Source: Octopus vulgaris (Eukaryota). Taken from it: a stretch of 64,000 bases of DNA. A model generated the notes under the pieces. The model saw only the letters and a program-made list of their open reading frames with translations. It was not told the origin of the DNA and ran no database searches. Shown here piece after piece: positions 40,983 through 54,070 of this stretch; within the stretch, counting starts at the first letter, position 1, and each line of letters starts with the position of its first letter. Where the stretch lies: positions 44,020,001 to 44,084,000 of the forward strand of contig OX597830.1 of NCBI GenBank assembly GCA_951406725.2, given 5' to 3'. The position numbers were made by a program, and so were the translations under genes.

Positions 40983-41140
40983 GTGATAGGCTTTTTTAGT
41001 TTCTGTCTACCAGATCCACTCACAAAGCTTTGGTTGGCTTGAGGTTATAGTAGAAGACATTTGCCCAAGGTGCCATGCAGTGGAACTGAACCCAGAACTA
41101 TGTGATTGGGAAGCAAGCTTCTTACCACACAGCCATGCCT
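40673..41140 (-). mobile_element. tRNA-derived SINE, family B, with internal (CA)n
   Basis: tRNA-like head at the right end. Other copies at ~2148-2498, 4105-4322, 15335-15660 (+), 30100-30255, 31240-31365, 37445-37580, 53730-53880 and 55895-56012. Confidence 0.85.
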
Positions 41141-42474
41141 ATGCTTAATATTTAAGCAAATTTTTGAAAAATATTCCACATGCTTTCCATTTGTTCAAAT
41201 TTAATCTTCTTTTCTTTCCAAACCTCACTCTAATAACATATCGATGTTCATTAATCTAATCAAGGATATTGAACTAATTTTTAATTAATTTGGCTGACAC
41301 CTCTCATTGGTAGTACTTTCATATTCTGGTAACTGCAATTGAGGAAGTTATGGATGTGTGATGTGGCACAAGTGAATCCCAAAACCCAATCATTAGTGAT
41401 ATAACATCATTGATAAATAAAATGCTGACCTTTGGTAGCTGTCAATAACTCATTGTTGAATTAATCACTTCACTGCTAACATACATGACATACACACACA
41501 CACACTCATTCCTTTATTCTTTTACTGCTCTCTATAATTGTGCGCTGAGGCTATGCTAAAACATCAAATTTAATGGTTTTAGTTGATTACACCAAGTCCA
41601 GTACTTAGTCTTGAGCTTCTCTTATCAATCTCTGGTGGCATATAAAATGCATCATCTGAATGTGGTCAATGTCAGTGTCCCCTGGTTGGCTCCTGTGCCA
41701 GTGGCATGCAAAAAGCACCATTCAAGTGTGATTGATGCCAGGTCTGCCTGACTGGCTCCCGTGCCAGTGGCATGTAAAAAGCTACCAACTAAATGTGGCC
41801 AATACCAGTGTCCCCTGACTGGCTCCCATTCCGATGGCTTGTAAAAACCACTATCCGAACATGATTGATGCCAGAACCCCCTGACTGACCCCTGTGCCGG
41901 TGGCATGTAAAAAGCACCATCCGAACATGGCCAATGCCAGTACCCCCTGATTGGCTCATGTGCCGGTGGCATGTAAAAAGGATCCACTACACTCTTGGAG
42001 TGGTTGGCGTTAGGAAGGGCATCCAGTTGTAGAAATATTGTCAGATCAGATTAGAGCCTGGTGTAGCCACTGGCCCTCCAGATCTCAGTCAAATCGTCCA
42101 ACCCATGCTAGCATGGAAAACGAATGTTAAACAACAACGATGATGATGGTAGTGTATAGAAGTTGTAAGGTGCACAGCAAGATGCACATCTTTGTTTATA
42201 TTCCTCATTGCATTTTTTAATGCTCATTCCTTGATGTTACTCAAACCCCTTTCTTTGAGTTTCTTTATTCATTTCTCTTCCTTGGTGTTCATCCAAACAT
42301 ATCTCTATTCACTGGCAATGTGATGCTGTGTTACTTTTTTTCCTTTTTTACATTTGACAGAAAAGTTTTGTGATTTTGTGATTCATAGTCACAACCCATT
42401 TTTTTTATTGTTAGTTCAATGACAGTTTATGGAATGTGACTTGGGTGATTGGAATTTTTTTTTTTTTTTATCAG

Positions 42475-42601
42475 GGTGGTGAAGAAGAGAATTTTGTTAG
42501 TCAAGAAGGTGTTCCTCCTGGATATGAAGCAGTATCTCTCTTGGAAGCATTAAATGGACCTTATCAAAATAATTCTGTTCTTATGCAAATGTCTCATGAA
42601 G
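42475..42601 (+). CDS. MGRN1: MGRN1-like exon 9
   Basis: Poly-T tract and CAG acceptor, GTCAGT donor. GGEEENFVSQEGVPPGYEAVSLLEALNGP..., the conserved post-RING motif. Confidence 0.92.
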
Positions 42602-43252
42602 GTCAGTGGAAGTATATGTATTTTTTCTCTGTTATTTTCTTTTCATTAGAGAACAAAAATTTGACTTTCTGTTTACTGCCTTAATTTAGTTTTATTGATC
42701 TCACCTTATTGTCATCATTAATATCAATAGTTACTCAATAATCTCATTCAATCTGGTTTCATCGTAGACATTGAACCTACTTTCATTTTCATTATATAAG
42801 CTTATGCTTTCATATGATTTTGTAAAAAAAAAAAAAAAAAGTGTATTTCAACATATGCTTATATATGTGATTATCATATTTGCCAATGTATAAGATGTAG
42901 TCTTGCATAAGACAATACCCTATTTTTTTTTTTTTGTGGAAAAGAAGAAATTTAATGTTTCATCATACTCTCATATTCCATTCATATAATACAGCCACAT
43001 TAGTCACATGACAAATTTTGTTTTACATTTCAGAATAAGAAAAAATGCATCTTATATACTGGCATATATAGTAGTTTCATTTTATTTAGATTATATTATC
43101 TGAGTGTTTGTAACAGTTTTTTTGCTTTAGACTCAGTCAATTTTCTCCTTATATTTTATACTATCACCACTAAACAAAATCATATTAAATAGAATTTAAA
43201 TCATGCTTATAGCTTTTCTTAATCATTTGTAATGTAATATTTGTATTATTTA

Positions 43253-43465
43253 AGGCAGCGAGCTGGCAGAAATGTTAGCATGCCAAGCGAAATGCTTAGC
43301 GGTATTTCATCTGTCTTTACATTCTGAGTTCAAATTCCGCTGAGGTCGACTTTGCCTTTCATCCTTTTGGGGTCAATAAATTAAGTACTAGTTGTGTGCT
43401 GGGGTCGATCTAATTGACTAGCCCCCTCCCCCAAAATTTCAGGCCTTGTGCTTAGAGTAGAAATG
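43253..43465 (+). mobile_element. tRNA-derived SINE, family C (core GCCTTTCATCCTTTCGGGGTCGATAAATTAAGTACCAG)
   Basis: A/B-box-like head and conserved core. Other copies at ~13122-13440 (two), 20830-21040, 43810-43980 (-), 44575-45010, 46185-46405, 56072-56280, 57680-57900, 59275-59480 and 61320-61452. Confidence 0.85.
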
Positions 43466-46400
43466 AATGTTTTCAGCTCCTTTTCAGTATTCATCACATG
43501 CAAACCTTTTCATTTACAGATGTACTAGAAAATATTTAACTGATTTGCTTTTTTTTTATGGAATCCATACATGATCTGTTTTATTAGCTAGATAATTATT
43601 TTGAATATTTATTTTCCACTTTTTTTTTCTTTTTTTAACATAAAACATTGTTTAAATAAATTATAAAGTATTCAGTATTTTGAAATTACTGTAACACATG
43701 TTTATTGAATTTTAGATAATTTTTAATAGAAATTTTTAAAAAAATAACTTTGTAGATATTTAATTATAATGAACAACAATTAACATTTTTTAAATGCTAA
43801 GAAATATTAATTCTTTGCTGGATGAAAAGCTTTATGCTGATTTGCTTGTCGCTGTCTTCTGAGTTCTTTGCCTTTCATCCCTTCAGGGTCAATAAAATAA
43901 GTACCAGTTGAACACTGGGGTTGATGTAATTGACTCATCCCCTCCCCCAAAATTGATGCCCTTGTGGCAAAATTTGAACCCACTATTATTATTATTATTA
44001 TTATTATAATAGTGGTTTGGTAGAATTGGTAGATCATCAAGCAAAATGCCCTTCAGTTTTTGTTTCAACTTTTTGTCTTCTGATTTCAAATCTTGCCATG
44101 GTCAACTTTGCTTCATCTTTCCAGAATCAATATAATAAAAGTGCTAGTCAAATCCTTGGGTTGATTTAATCAACTGATCCCTTCCCACAGAGTTTTGCCT
44201 TTGAGCTTACGTTAAAAATGATTAGTATCATTTTCATTATTTGCTTTCACTGCATTACTGAGCCTCTTAGGTCTATACAGTGATTTGTTGTTTGTTTTTT
44301 TGTTTTTGTATTGAGAGTAATCTGTGTAGTATGTGTGAACTGCCAGGAATAATGGATAGCATGACAGATAATGTTTTATGGCATTTGCTTACATCCCTTC
44401 TTAGTTCTGAATTAAATCCTGCTTGACTAGTGTTTCATTTTATATCTTTCCAAGCTTGTTAAAATAAGTGCTGGAGTCAACTGTATCTTACCAGCAAGAT
44501 CTGTGACCTTGTGCTAGTTTTATAGAAATTATTGTTATCATTATTATTGCTGTTATTATTATCATTATTATGATTAAGGTGGAAAGTTGGCAGAGTTGTT
44601 AGCACACTGGACAAAATGCTTAGTGGTATTTTGTCTGTCACTATGGTTTAAGTTCAGATTCCATTGAGGTCAACTTTGCCTTTCATCCTTTCGGGGTCGA
44701 TAAATTAAGTAGCAGTTGAGGTCTGAGATCGATATAATCGACTTACCCTCCCACAAATTTCACACTTTGTGCCTATATAATAGAAAAGAACATTATTATT
44801 ATTAAGGTGGTGAACTGGCAGAATGCATAGCATCTTTTTTTTCCTGCTTTACATTGAGTTCAAATACTGCCAAAGTCAACTTCCAGGGTCAATAAACTTA
44901 ATACCACTGGGGTTGACATAATTGTCTAACCTTCTCCTGCTTAAAATTGCAGGCCTTGTGCCAAAATTTGAAGCAATTATTATCCTGGCTTTGTGCCAAA
45001 AATTTGGAAGAATTATTAGTGTTAATTCCCCACTTTACTCAACTCTGAAGCCAGGGAAACAGGTATCAGTTATACTGGGATTCAGTTCATTTAGCTATAC
45101 CTCTATCCTTTACATTTGAGGTATTCTTCCAATATTAGAAATCCAAATTCTTTTTTCTGTAGGGCACTATAAAACTGGCACTCTGTTGATTACAACGATG
45201 AGGGTTCCAGTTGATCAGATCAGCAGAACAGCCTGCTCATGAAATGAATGTGCAAGTGGCTGAGCACTCCTCAGACACATGTACCCTTAAGATAATTCTC
45301 AGGGAGGTTCAACATGACACAGAATGTGACAAGGCTGGCATTTTGTATTATAGGTACAACTCGTTTTTGTCAGCTGAGTGGACTGGAGCAATGTGGAATA
45401 AAGTGTCTTGCTCAAGGACACAATGCACTGCTGGGAATCGAACTCATAAGCTAAATGCCCTAACCACTACGCCATTTGCCTTCACATAGGGCAATATACT
45501 TATTCATTGAAACTATAGAATTTGACTAATCTTTTGTATAAAAATACAAGCTAAATTATGAGTGTTGGGCCTAATGGAGACAAGGTGGTGGAGTTGCATT
45601 CGAGTGTTGGGCCTCATGGAGGCAATAACCAAGACCTTTGGCATTATGTCATGCTTGGGAAGAAGACCCATCTTCTTTGGAGTCATAGCAGATACTGGTG
45701 CCCTGCAAATTGGTACCTGTGCTAGTGGCACATAAACACACCCTGGTGTCATGTAAATAGCACCTGTGCTGGTGGCACATAAAAGCACCTATTACACTCT
45801 GAGTAGTTGGCGTTAGGAAGGGCATCCAGCTGTAGAAAACCATATCAAATGAGACTGGAGTCTGGTGCAGCCTTCCATGTGCCAGCCCAGCCAAACCATC
45901 CAACCCATACCAGCATGGACAACAGACATAAAATGATGATGGTGATTTCTAGATTAATTTAGTTTGAGGAAATCTTTCACTCTACAATAATTTATAATCC
46001 AATGCTATTTAAAATCATTTTCTATTTGCTTATTCTGCTACACTTAACATCTTTATATATTATCATATTTCTCCCATACCAGTTTTTCTTCTTTGCTCAA
46101 GTTTTTAATACTACAAACCGTTATTTTGGTAGATATTAACTCTTATGATGTTAGTTTGTTTTTCTTATTATTAATAGTTATTAGGTGTTGAGCTGGCAGA
46201 ATTATTTTGCTAGCTGAACAAAATACTTAGTGGCATTTCGTCCATCTTAATGTTCTGAGTTCAAATACTGGCAAGGCCAACTTTGTCTTTTATCCCTTCA
46301 GGAGTTGATAAAATAAGTACCAGTCAAATACTGGGGGTCAATTAATCTCATTGACTAGCTCCCTCCCTCCAAATTTCAGGCCTTATACTTATAGTAGGAA

Positions 46401-46937
46401 GGATTATTATTACCTATTAATTAAGACTTTTGATTGCATTAAAATGATATATAAACATTTTATTTCTCCTCTAAAGCTTCTTCACAATTCACTGGCAATT
46501 ATCTGCTGCTGTTTCAATCATTAAGCCAGATTTATTTATTTATTTACTCAACTTAATCACTCCAACTGTGTTTGTTTTTCACTTGCTTTTACATATTTCT
46601 CTTAGACAAGATAACATTATTTAGACTCACCATTTGATTAAACTTATTCTGAATGTCATTTTTGTTGCAGTGGTTTGTACTAATTGAAAATTGATATATT
46701 TCGGTTTTAAAAGATGTGTAGCAATGATAATAATTTGATGGTGATAATCACCAAAATCAGTATGGAAACTATTTTCTTCTAATACAGGTAATTCTGTATT
46801 CTTAAAGAGGTGTTTTTTCACTAGAAACTTTCATAGTTCACACAGTTGTGCACTCAGTAGTTACTCTGCTCATAAACAAACTGGAATTTGAAGCAAGCTT
46901 TTCTAAAAGAATACTTTTGACAGGAACATTTTAACTC

Positions 46938-47164
46938 TTAACTCTTTCGTTACCAACCCGGCTGAAACCAGCTCTGGTTCTGAGTACAAATGTCTTGTTT
47001 TCATAAGTTTTGAATTAAAATCTTCCACCAAACCTTAGTCACAGTTTATGTTCCTAACACTAGCTTAATGATAACTAAGTTATTTTACTAAATTCTTTAT
47101 ATTTAAAGTAATTGAAAGAAACACAGAGCATCTCAAAATAAATAAATAGTAACAAAAAGGTTAA
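46938..47164. mobile_element. TTAA-flanked MITE, family 2
   Basis: TTAACTCTTTCGTTAC...GTAACAAAAAGGTTAA. Opposite-orientation copies at ~39441-39655 and ~57933-58115. Confidence 0.7.
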
Positions 47165-48389
47165 GCTTGCACTTTCCATTCTTGACTAAGCCAATTATAA
47201 TGAAAATCAGATTCATCAGTGTTCAGTAATTTAAGAAGAGGAAATCAATATATTCTTTAAGGTTTACTAAAAGTATATGCTTATGTTCTAAATCATAATT
47301 CTGGTATTATTTAAATCTTCATCGTCATCATTGATTAACATCTATTTTCCTTGTTGGCATGGGTTGTACAGTTTGATAGGAGCTATCAAACAAGAGAACT
47401 GTACCAGGCTCCATCTGTTTTGCCATAGTTTCTACAGCTGGATACCCTTACTAATGTCAACCACTTTGCAAAGTGTACTGGGTACTTTTTTACATGATCC
47501 CAGCACCAGTGCTTTATACCTGGCATCAGTATGGGTGGTTTTATGTGGTGTGCACAAAAACAAATGTGCAAAGTCATGCTATGAATTCAGATTTCTTCAC
47601 ATCTTCAATTTCACAAAAAAAGAATGGATGATTGATGACATAGGGTTCTCAAGAAGACCTGCCTGTCTTGATGAAACTAAGATCCTAGAAGCATAATGTG
47701 TACCTGTGTGTGTGTGTGTATGTGTGTGTACACACACACACACACAACTGAGCCCTGTTGCCCAATTCCTTTTTCAAGGTCTTTTCATCACTCATCATTT
47801 GTCTTTAGTTGCAGTATTTTCCTGCTGTAATTAAATGTGAGCTGAGCTTCAACAGCTCTTCTCTGATACCACTTGTCTTTCTCACTACTCAAAACCATTT
47901 CATCTGACATCCATCCTGCATTCTTGATACTGTTTTCTCCATCCACATTTTACATTGATCACCCTCCTGAGTCACAAAACTTTCTCTCCTCCATCACTAT
48001 TTGCCTCTCCCTTTCTCTATTCACTACATCTCTGCCCCACAATCTTACAACCTACCCAGTTACATCATCTTTCTCTTTTTTCCATCTTCCCTCCTTCTGT
48101 CTACTGCATTATTATTAATTTTGCTGTTGTTGTTTTGTTTCAAAGCAAGCTGTTCCAAGTCTCACCTGGAGACTTCAAGTTACAGCAAGCTGGACGTTTT
48201 ATTATGGATGTTATTTATGGGTAGCCATGATATATTTTGTATTAAAAGTTTGTCCATAATATATGCAATTTTGAAAGATTTAAAAATATTCAGATATTCT
48301 CAGATTGACAGTGATTTAAAAAAAAAATTGTTTTTAAGTTATGGGCTGTACCCATAAAACATTTTTTTTTGTAGTACTTGTACTTTTGA

Positions 48390-48735
48390 CCATAGTAATT
48401 TAAGAGTGCCATTTAGGATTATCTTTAGACCTCCAATGACCACAGGTACTGTTATCATTCTCAGATACTACATTTTGGCTCTCTATTCAAGGTCCTGGTA
48501 GTTACTTCCAAAATGTTTTGATAGAACTGTTGCAATCTGCTTGCTGGGATTCACAAATATATTAGCAAACATGTTTTGTCAAAATGATTTTTCACCACAA
48601 TATCTGGTCTATTGACCAGAATTGCATGATTAGTTTGTCTTTATTTTCTACTACTTGGACAAGTTTATATCCCAATCAGTTCTTCCCATATGGGTGTCCA
48701 AACTGACAGTATATGATCTAGTGCTATTACTAAGT
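48390..48735 (-). mobile_element. Relic R4/NeSL-like non-LTR element (restriction-like endonuclease)
   Basis: Minus-strand fragments NRPDIVV...YQDL...ITVPVVIGGL. Confidence 0.55.
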
Positions 48736-51427
48736 CTATCATGGTGATTTTATTATTGTCATTATTATTGTTGTTTTTATTATTATTTCTACTACTACTG
48801 CTCATTTGCTATTTTTCACCCACTTCCTTTTCTGCACTATCAGTCATCTCCTCTTCCTTACTCCCCCAATTTCAAATATCACAATTTAACCCTACCCAAT
48901 TTCTAGAGTTGTCACTATTCCATAACTTTTCTATTCAATTCTCAACATTTGTTCTTTATATTCACCCTTTCTCTCAGCCTTTACTCACCCACACTTCCTG
49001 TTCTTTTGTCTCCACTCACTTCTCCTCTCTTTATATCTTGAGGATACACCTTATCACCACTATTTTATCTCTTACCAACTCTACCCTGACCTCTCCCACT
49101 TTCTCTTCCAAAATAATGTGAGTAGCCTTGCAGCTACTTTTCTGTAAGAAGCCTGTTCTATTCTGGCCCCTTCTCCCACACTTTAACCTCTCATCTCCAT
49201 GCATAGAACCAATTTTTTTACTCTGTAGTCCCACTCAGTTGAAGAGGGTCTCAGTTTTTCAGACTTAGTAACCTCACATGTGCTGGTACCAGTACACCTT
49301 ATAAAATGGTTGGTATTAGGAAGGAAGGATATTCAGCCATAGAAACCATGTGAAAGCAGTGCAGTCTTCAGACCCATTGAATCCTGTAAAACCAATAAGT
49401 CCACGCCATCACAGAACATGAACCTTAATGATGAAAGAATATTTAGAGACTCCCATACTGCCTTTGTACACACAATTCTCAGGTCCAGCTATGTTTATTG
49501 TATGTTTTTATTTCTCAAAGCAACAAATTTCAAGACTCGTACTTTGTTTTGTTGGGTGGGATAGAATATCTTCAAGTGGTGCTATTCCTCAATTCCTGTT
49601 TGTATGTAGTGTTCAGCATCAAAACTGTTTTGCATCATCAGGTTAGTTTTAGCCATTTTGTCAGCAGTTCTTGCATATTAGCCTCTTCCTGTCCAAAACA
49701 TTAGGCAGACCACTGATTGTGAAAACTAGATTGTCAACATTTTACAGTAAGGAGTAATACTTGTGGTCATCAGTATCATTCTGTTGTCTACGTTTGTGTA
49801 GCCCATACTTTATTATTACTTGAGATTCTTATTCTAACACAACAAGGGTCAAGATTATTGCTGTGACTTTAGTGATATGTCATATAATTTTCAGGAAAAT
49901 GATCTTTACCATGATTTAATCCTTCTTTAGCTGACAACTTTTAATCCCAATTTGTATCCAAAATTGCTCTTTTTCTCATTGTAGTAATTAAACTTGTAAT
50001 AAAGATCAATTTGCATTAAAATTTATTCTGTTATAGGCAACAAACTTACCTCTAACATCAATGAGTTCCTGATATCTAGAATTTTACATTTTTTACTACT
50101 AATGCATGTTTATGTTCTATGGGGACACATATTCACTAGCATTTTCTCTAATATGTGTACAGGTATCCATGTCCTATATATATATATATATATATATAAA
50201 TCTCAATTCTTTGTCATTGTTTTTATGACACAGTATTCCAACTATTTTGCATCCTCCCATGTGATATGTAGTTGTCAATTTTATATTTTATGGTTTCTTC
50301 ATTGACATTACATTTCCAAATAAATGATATCCTATTTGTCGCATACATTGGCTGTTCCCTTTAATATCTAATCCTCTTTCAAAATAATAGTTTTTCTAAG
50401 ATTACATAAATTTAACACCTAACTCTTATCTTATTCTTGAGTCACTATAGATTGTTTTCATTCATTATCCATGTATCTCCTCTATCTTGCAGTATTGCAC
50501 TGAATTATCAGCATCATCATCATTGTTGTTATTTTAACATCTACTTTTCCATGCTTGCATGGGTTGGATGGTATGTGTTGAGGCAGATTTTTCTATGCCT
50601 TTCCTGTTGCCATATAATCTTCATTACATATGTTTCTTAAATTTCTTCCAAATCCTACTGACTATGCTTCTATTTACAAAAATAAAAATTGGACAATATA
50701 CAATTGTAATTTTTATGCATCCATTCTTTGCTACAATTTCTCCATGCTGAGTTTTGGTTTATTTCGTTCTTTGATTCTGAACCATTCTCTCTTTTCAGGG
50801 GTTGTTTGTCAAGTATCTTGGTTCTAATTATTAACATGTCCCTAAACTTCATTTTGATATACTTGAATACTGAGTTAATTTCGTTTGGAAACCTTTCATC
50901 ATTTCATGCATCCTAAATAGTTACTAATTCTGTTTTCCTTTTTATAGGGCCAACACAATTTTTGAGATCAAATGTTAGTAGATCTCTGAAACTGTGTGGT
51001 CTTAAGCTTTGGTTTATTTCCATTTATTCCGTGCTGGTAGAACATTTATGTAAATAATATTTTAAACAATAAGGTTATATAAATAAAGTGACATAATCAT
51101 TCCCATTTAGATTGTAGCTGTTAACAATTAAGTTTTCAGTTTAAGGATCTACTTCACATTATTAAACACTTTACGCTTTATTTTAAATCAATTATTGTGA
51201 GTCATGAAATGAAAATAATATTTTAAAAAACTTTTCTCTTTTTGATTTATTTAAGGAAATAGAAAGTATTATATTATTTTCTTTAGATGTCTTTGGATTT
51301 ATGCATAAGTCTAATTTGATTGGGCTCAAGAAGAGTACGTTTATAAATTAAACTCTGAAAGCTCAAGTCATAAACAAAAGCCTTGCACTTGGCTGCTACT
51401 ATATAATCATTCATTTTCGTTTTTTAG

Positions 51428-51505
51428 ATATTACTCCAACAGAGAGAGATGGTGAACATACAGGAGACAGAATAAGCAGCAGAAATAAGCACAACAATAG
51501 GAGCA
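51428..51505 (+). CDS. MGRN1: MGRN1-like exon 10 (predicted)
   Basis: TTTTAG acceptor, GTATGT donor. DITPTERDGEHTGDRISSRNKHNNRS; 78 nt, phase 1-1, open frame. No homology support. Confidence 0.7.
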
Positions 51506-53899
51506 GTATGTGTTGGCAGAAAAGATTTTTATCATTGTATATTTTCTTAATTTTCGAAATTGTGTATTTATCTTCTTCAAATTTTGTTGATGCTGTCTGT
51601 ACTTACTTTCTTAATGTCTTGGATATAGTATTTGCTCATGTTTGATTTGTCTGGTGTTAGGAGAAAATAATCTAAGTAAGAATGGTTTTCCTTTTGTGAA
51701 AATTCTCTCTCTCTCTTTGCTAGTTTTCTAATTCCTTATACTTCTTTTTATTATTTGATATCATAATTAGTCAGTTTTATCCGGGTTATTATGTTATTGT
51801 AATTAGATTAATATCAGTTTAAATTTGTTCTATATTGTATTTCGCAAAAATGTTTTCAGTTTATCCCTTTAGAAATTGATATTGCATCCTGATGAAGAGT
51901 TAAATATATTTCAATACAAGTAACAATTATGAATAGATATATTTTGTTGCTATTGGAGATAAAACACTTCAAAATATAGGTTTCTATGTTAAAAACAATG
52001 TAATATACATCCTAATAATCTCCTCTTCTCTCTAATTCTATTTTAGTTCAGAAGAAGAAAGATTGTGCAAAGTATTAAATACCTTATGAGGTACAAAGGA
52101 CAATGGGAGACAGATGCTTGTATTGTGTGAGCAACAATCAATAAATAGAGAAAGGGTTATTGCATGTAAGAGAGACTTAGAGAAAAAGTAGTACTGTTTC
52201 TTTTTAAGAGAGCACTTGTTGTTTAGCTCTGGGTTAGCTCTGATCAAGTACATCTGTAATGGAAGTTCTATCCATGACCGTCCTGTTCTGGTATATCTGG
52301 GACTGCATGATCTTGTGTATCGTTTTCTTTCTTTCAAGATAGCAAGATGGTTTGGCTGCTATGAGAGCCATAGTTTAGTTTCGAACATATCTTTACTTTC
52401 GAAGAGTAAATGAGTCACAAATAGCAAAATTGATAGAGTACCATACTATCAGATGAAGGGAATATGGTTCAAACCCTGCCAACGATGTTATTATGTTTAC
52501 TCTCAGTGGCCCAGGCCATCTAACTGTAAGTAGGTACTTTAGGGTGAACCGATTCATTGAAGCAAGTTACTACAGCAGCACAAAAATTGAATGTTTTGAT
52601 ATCTTGTAGAAATGAGTTCAGCTGTTGCATATGCTGCTTTGAGAAGGGTGCATTTTTACTAAACTGATTACTCTTGATGCATTATATGAAGATGAAGTCT
52701 TCAGTTGTCATCATAAAATGTCAACAATTGAGGGCTAGAATGTGTTTTCATCTTGAATACGAATACAATTTATATTGCAGTCTTGTGGCTACAAGGTTTT
52801 CATGACTTGATAAGTTAGGAATTTTTCTTTCAAATGTCTCCTGCTTCATTCTGTTATATTTCATGGACAGTGTACCATATCCTCAATATAGTTTGACATA
52901 GGAAGACAATACTAGTTATTTTTCAGTGACTAGAAGAGCAAATTATCCATTAGTCTTTTATAAACACTTTTGTATATAACATTACCTAACTCGGATGGTT
53001 AAACACCTTTCATAGTCATTTATATTTCTTCTACATTTGCTCTCTATATCATGACTCGTAATACCGCTAAGTATAGCAGTTGCTTAATCACTATATTGGA
53101 AGCAGACTGGAATATGATTATGTGAAGCTCTAATCTTAACAATAGCAATCATAGATCTGTTTGTACATACAAGATATATTATAATTTTAGATATGTATAT
53201 ATACTGGACTTCTTTGATTTCAGAAATATATTTCTGTATTTTAAATTGCTTTAGATTCTGTAATGAAGATCTGATCATTAATTAGCTTCTTACTAAAATA
53301 AATAATAAAGTCTGCTGAGGACAAAAGTCATTATTGTCATCATCACCATTATTAACATTTTAACATCAATATTCTCAAAGTTATCATTGTCATTGTTGCA
53401 TACATTTGTGGTGGGTGAGTCTGTAATGCAGCATTTCTCTAACTGCTGCACAATTCTGTGTTGTCTTCTTAAATTTGATTTGAATACTCTCTTCAAAACT
53501 CTCTTTTGTCTACCTACATCACAAACATCCTCAATCATTAATTCCTGTCTCATCTATAATTGCATTTCATATCCATTAGTTTTATTTGCATATCTATTTT
53601 ATTACTAAAAACATCCACCTCTCTTTTATTCATATATAAGCTATGTTATTTCATTATTGGTGTGATTATGTTGAACTCGACACACTGGTAGATATAAATA
53701 CGGACACGCATACAGATACACATACATGCATGATAAACTTTCACACAGTTTCTATCTACTTAGTTCCACTTACAGAATATTGGTTGACAACTGTAGAAGG
53801 CACTTGCCCAAAGTGTTGACAGTGGAGACTCAACTTGGAATCATTTAATTGCAGAGCAAACTTTTTAACCACATGGCTATGTGTATGAAACTCACCACC

Positions 53900-54070
53900 T
53901 AAGAAAAGTGTACTTGATTGAAGGAAAAACCAGTAGTGCTAGCAGAGAGCTCCTTCAAATGCAGTTACTGTATGCATGACTGCCCCTCCTATTTGGGCCT
54001 CTGCAAACACAGCAGATGTTACACACCATCAACCACTGACATGGTTTCTTCATGCGCAGATACATGTCCT
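53900..54070 (+). mobile_element. RTE LINE C-terminal zinc-finger-like fragment
   Basis: FKCSYCMHDCPSYLGLCKHSRC resembles the CxxC...H end of RTE ORFs. Confidence 0.55.

Noticed and set aside
50948-50973. Possible extra MGRN1 exon after a good TTTATAG acceptor
   Set aside because: The nearest donor (GTTAGT) gives phase 0, incompatible with the phase 1 next exon; no homology support.
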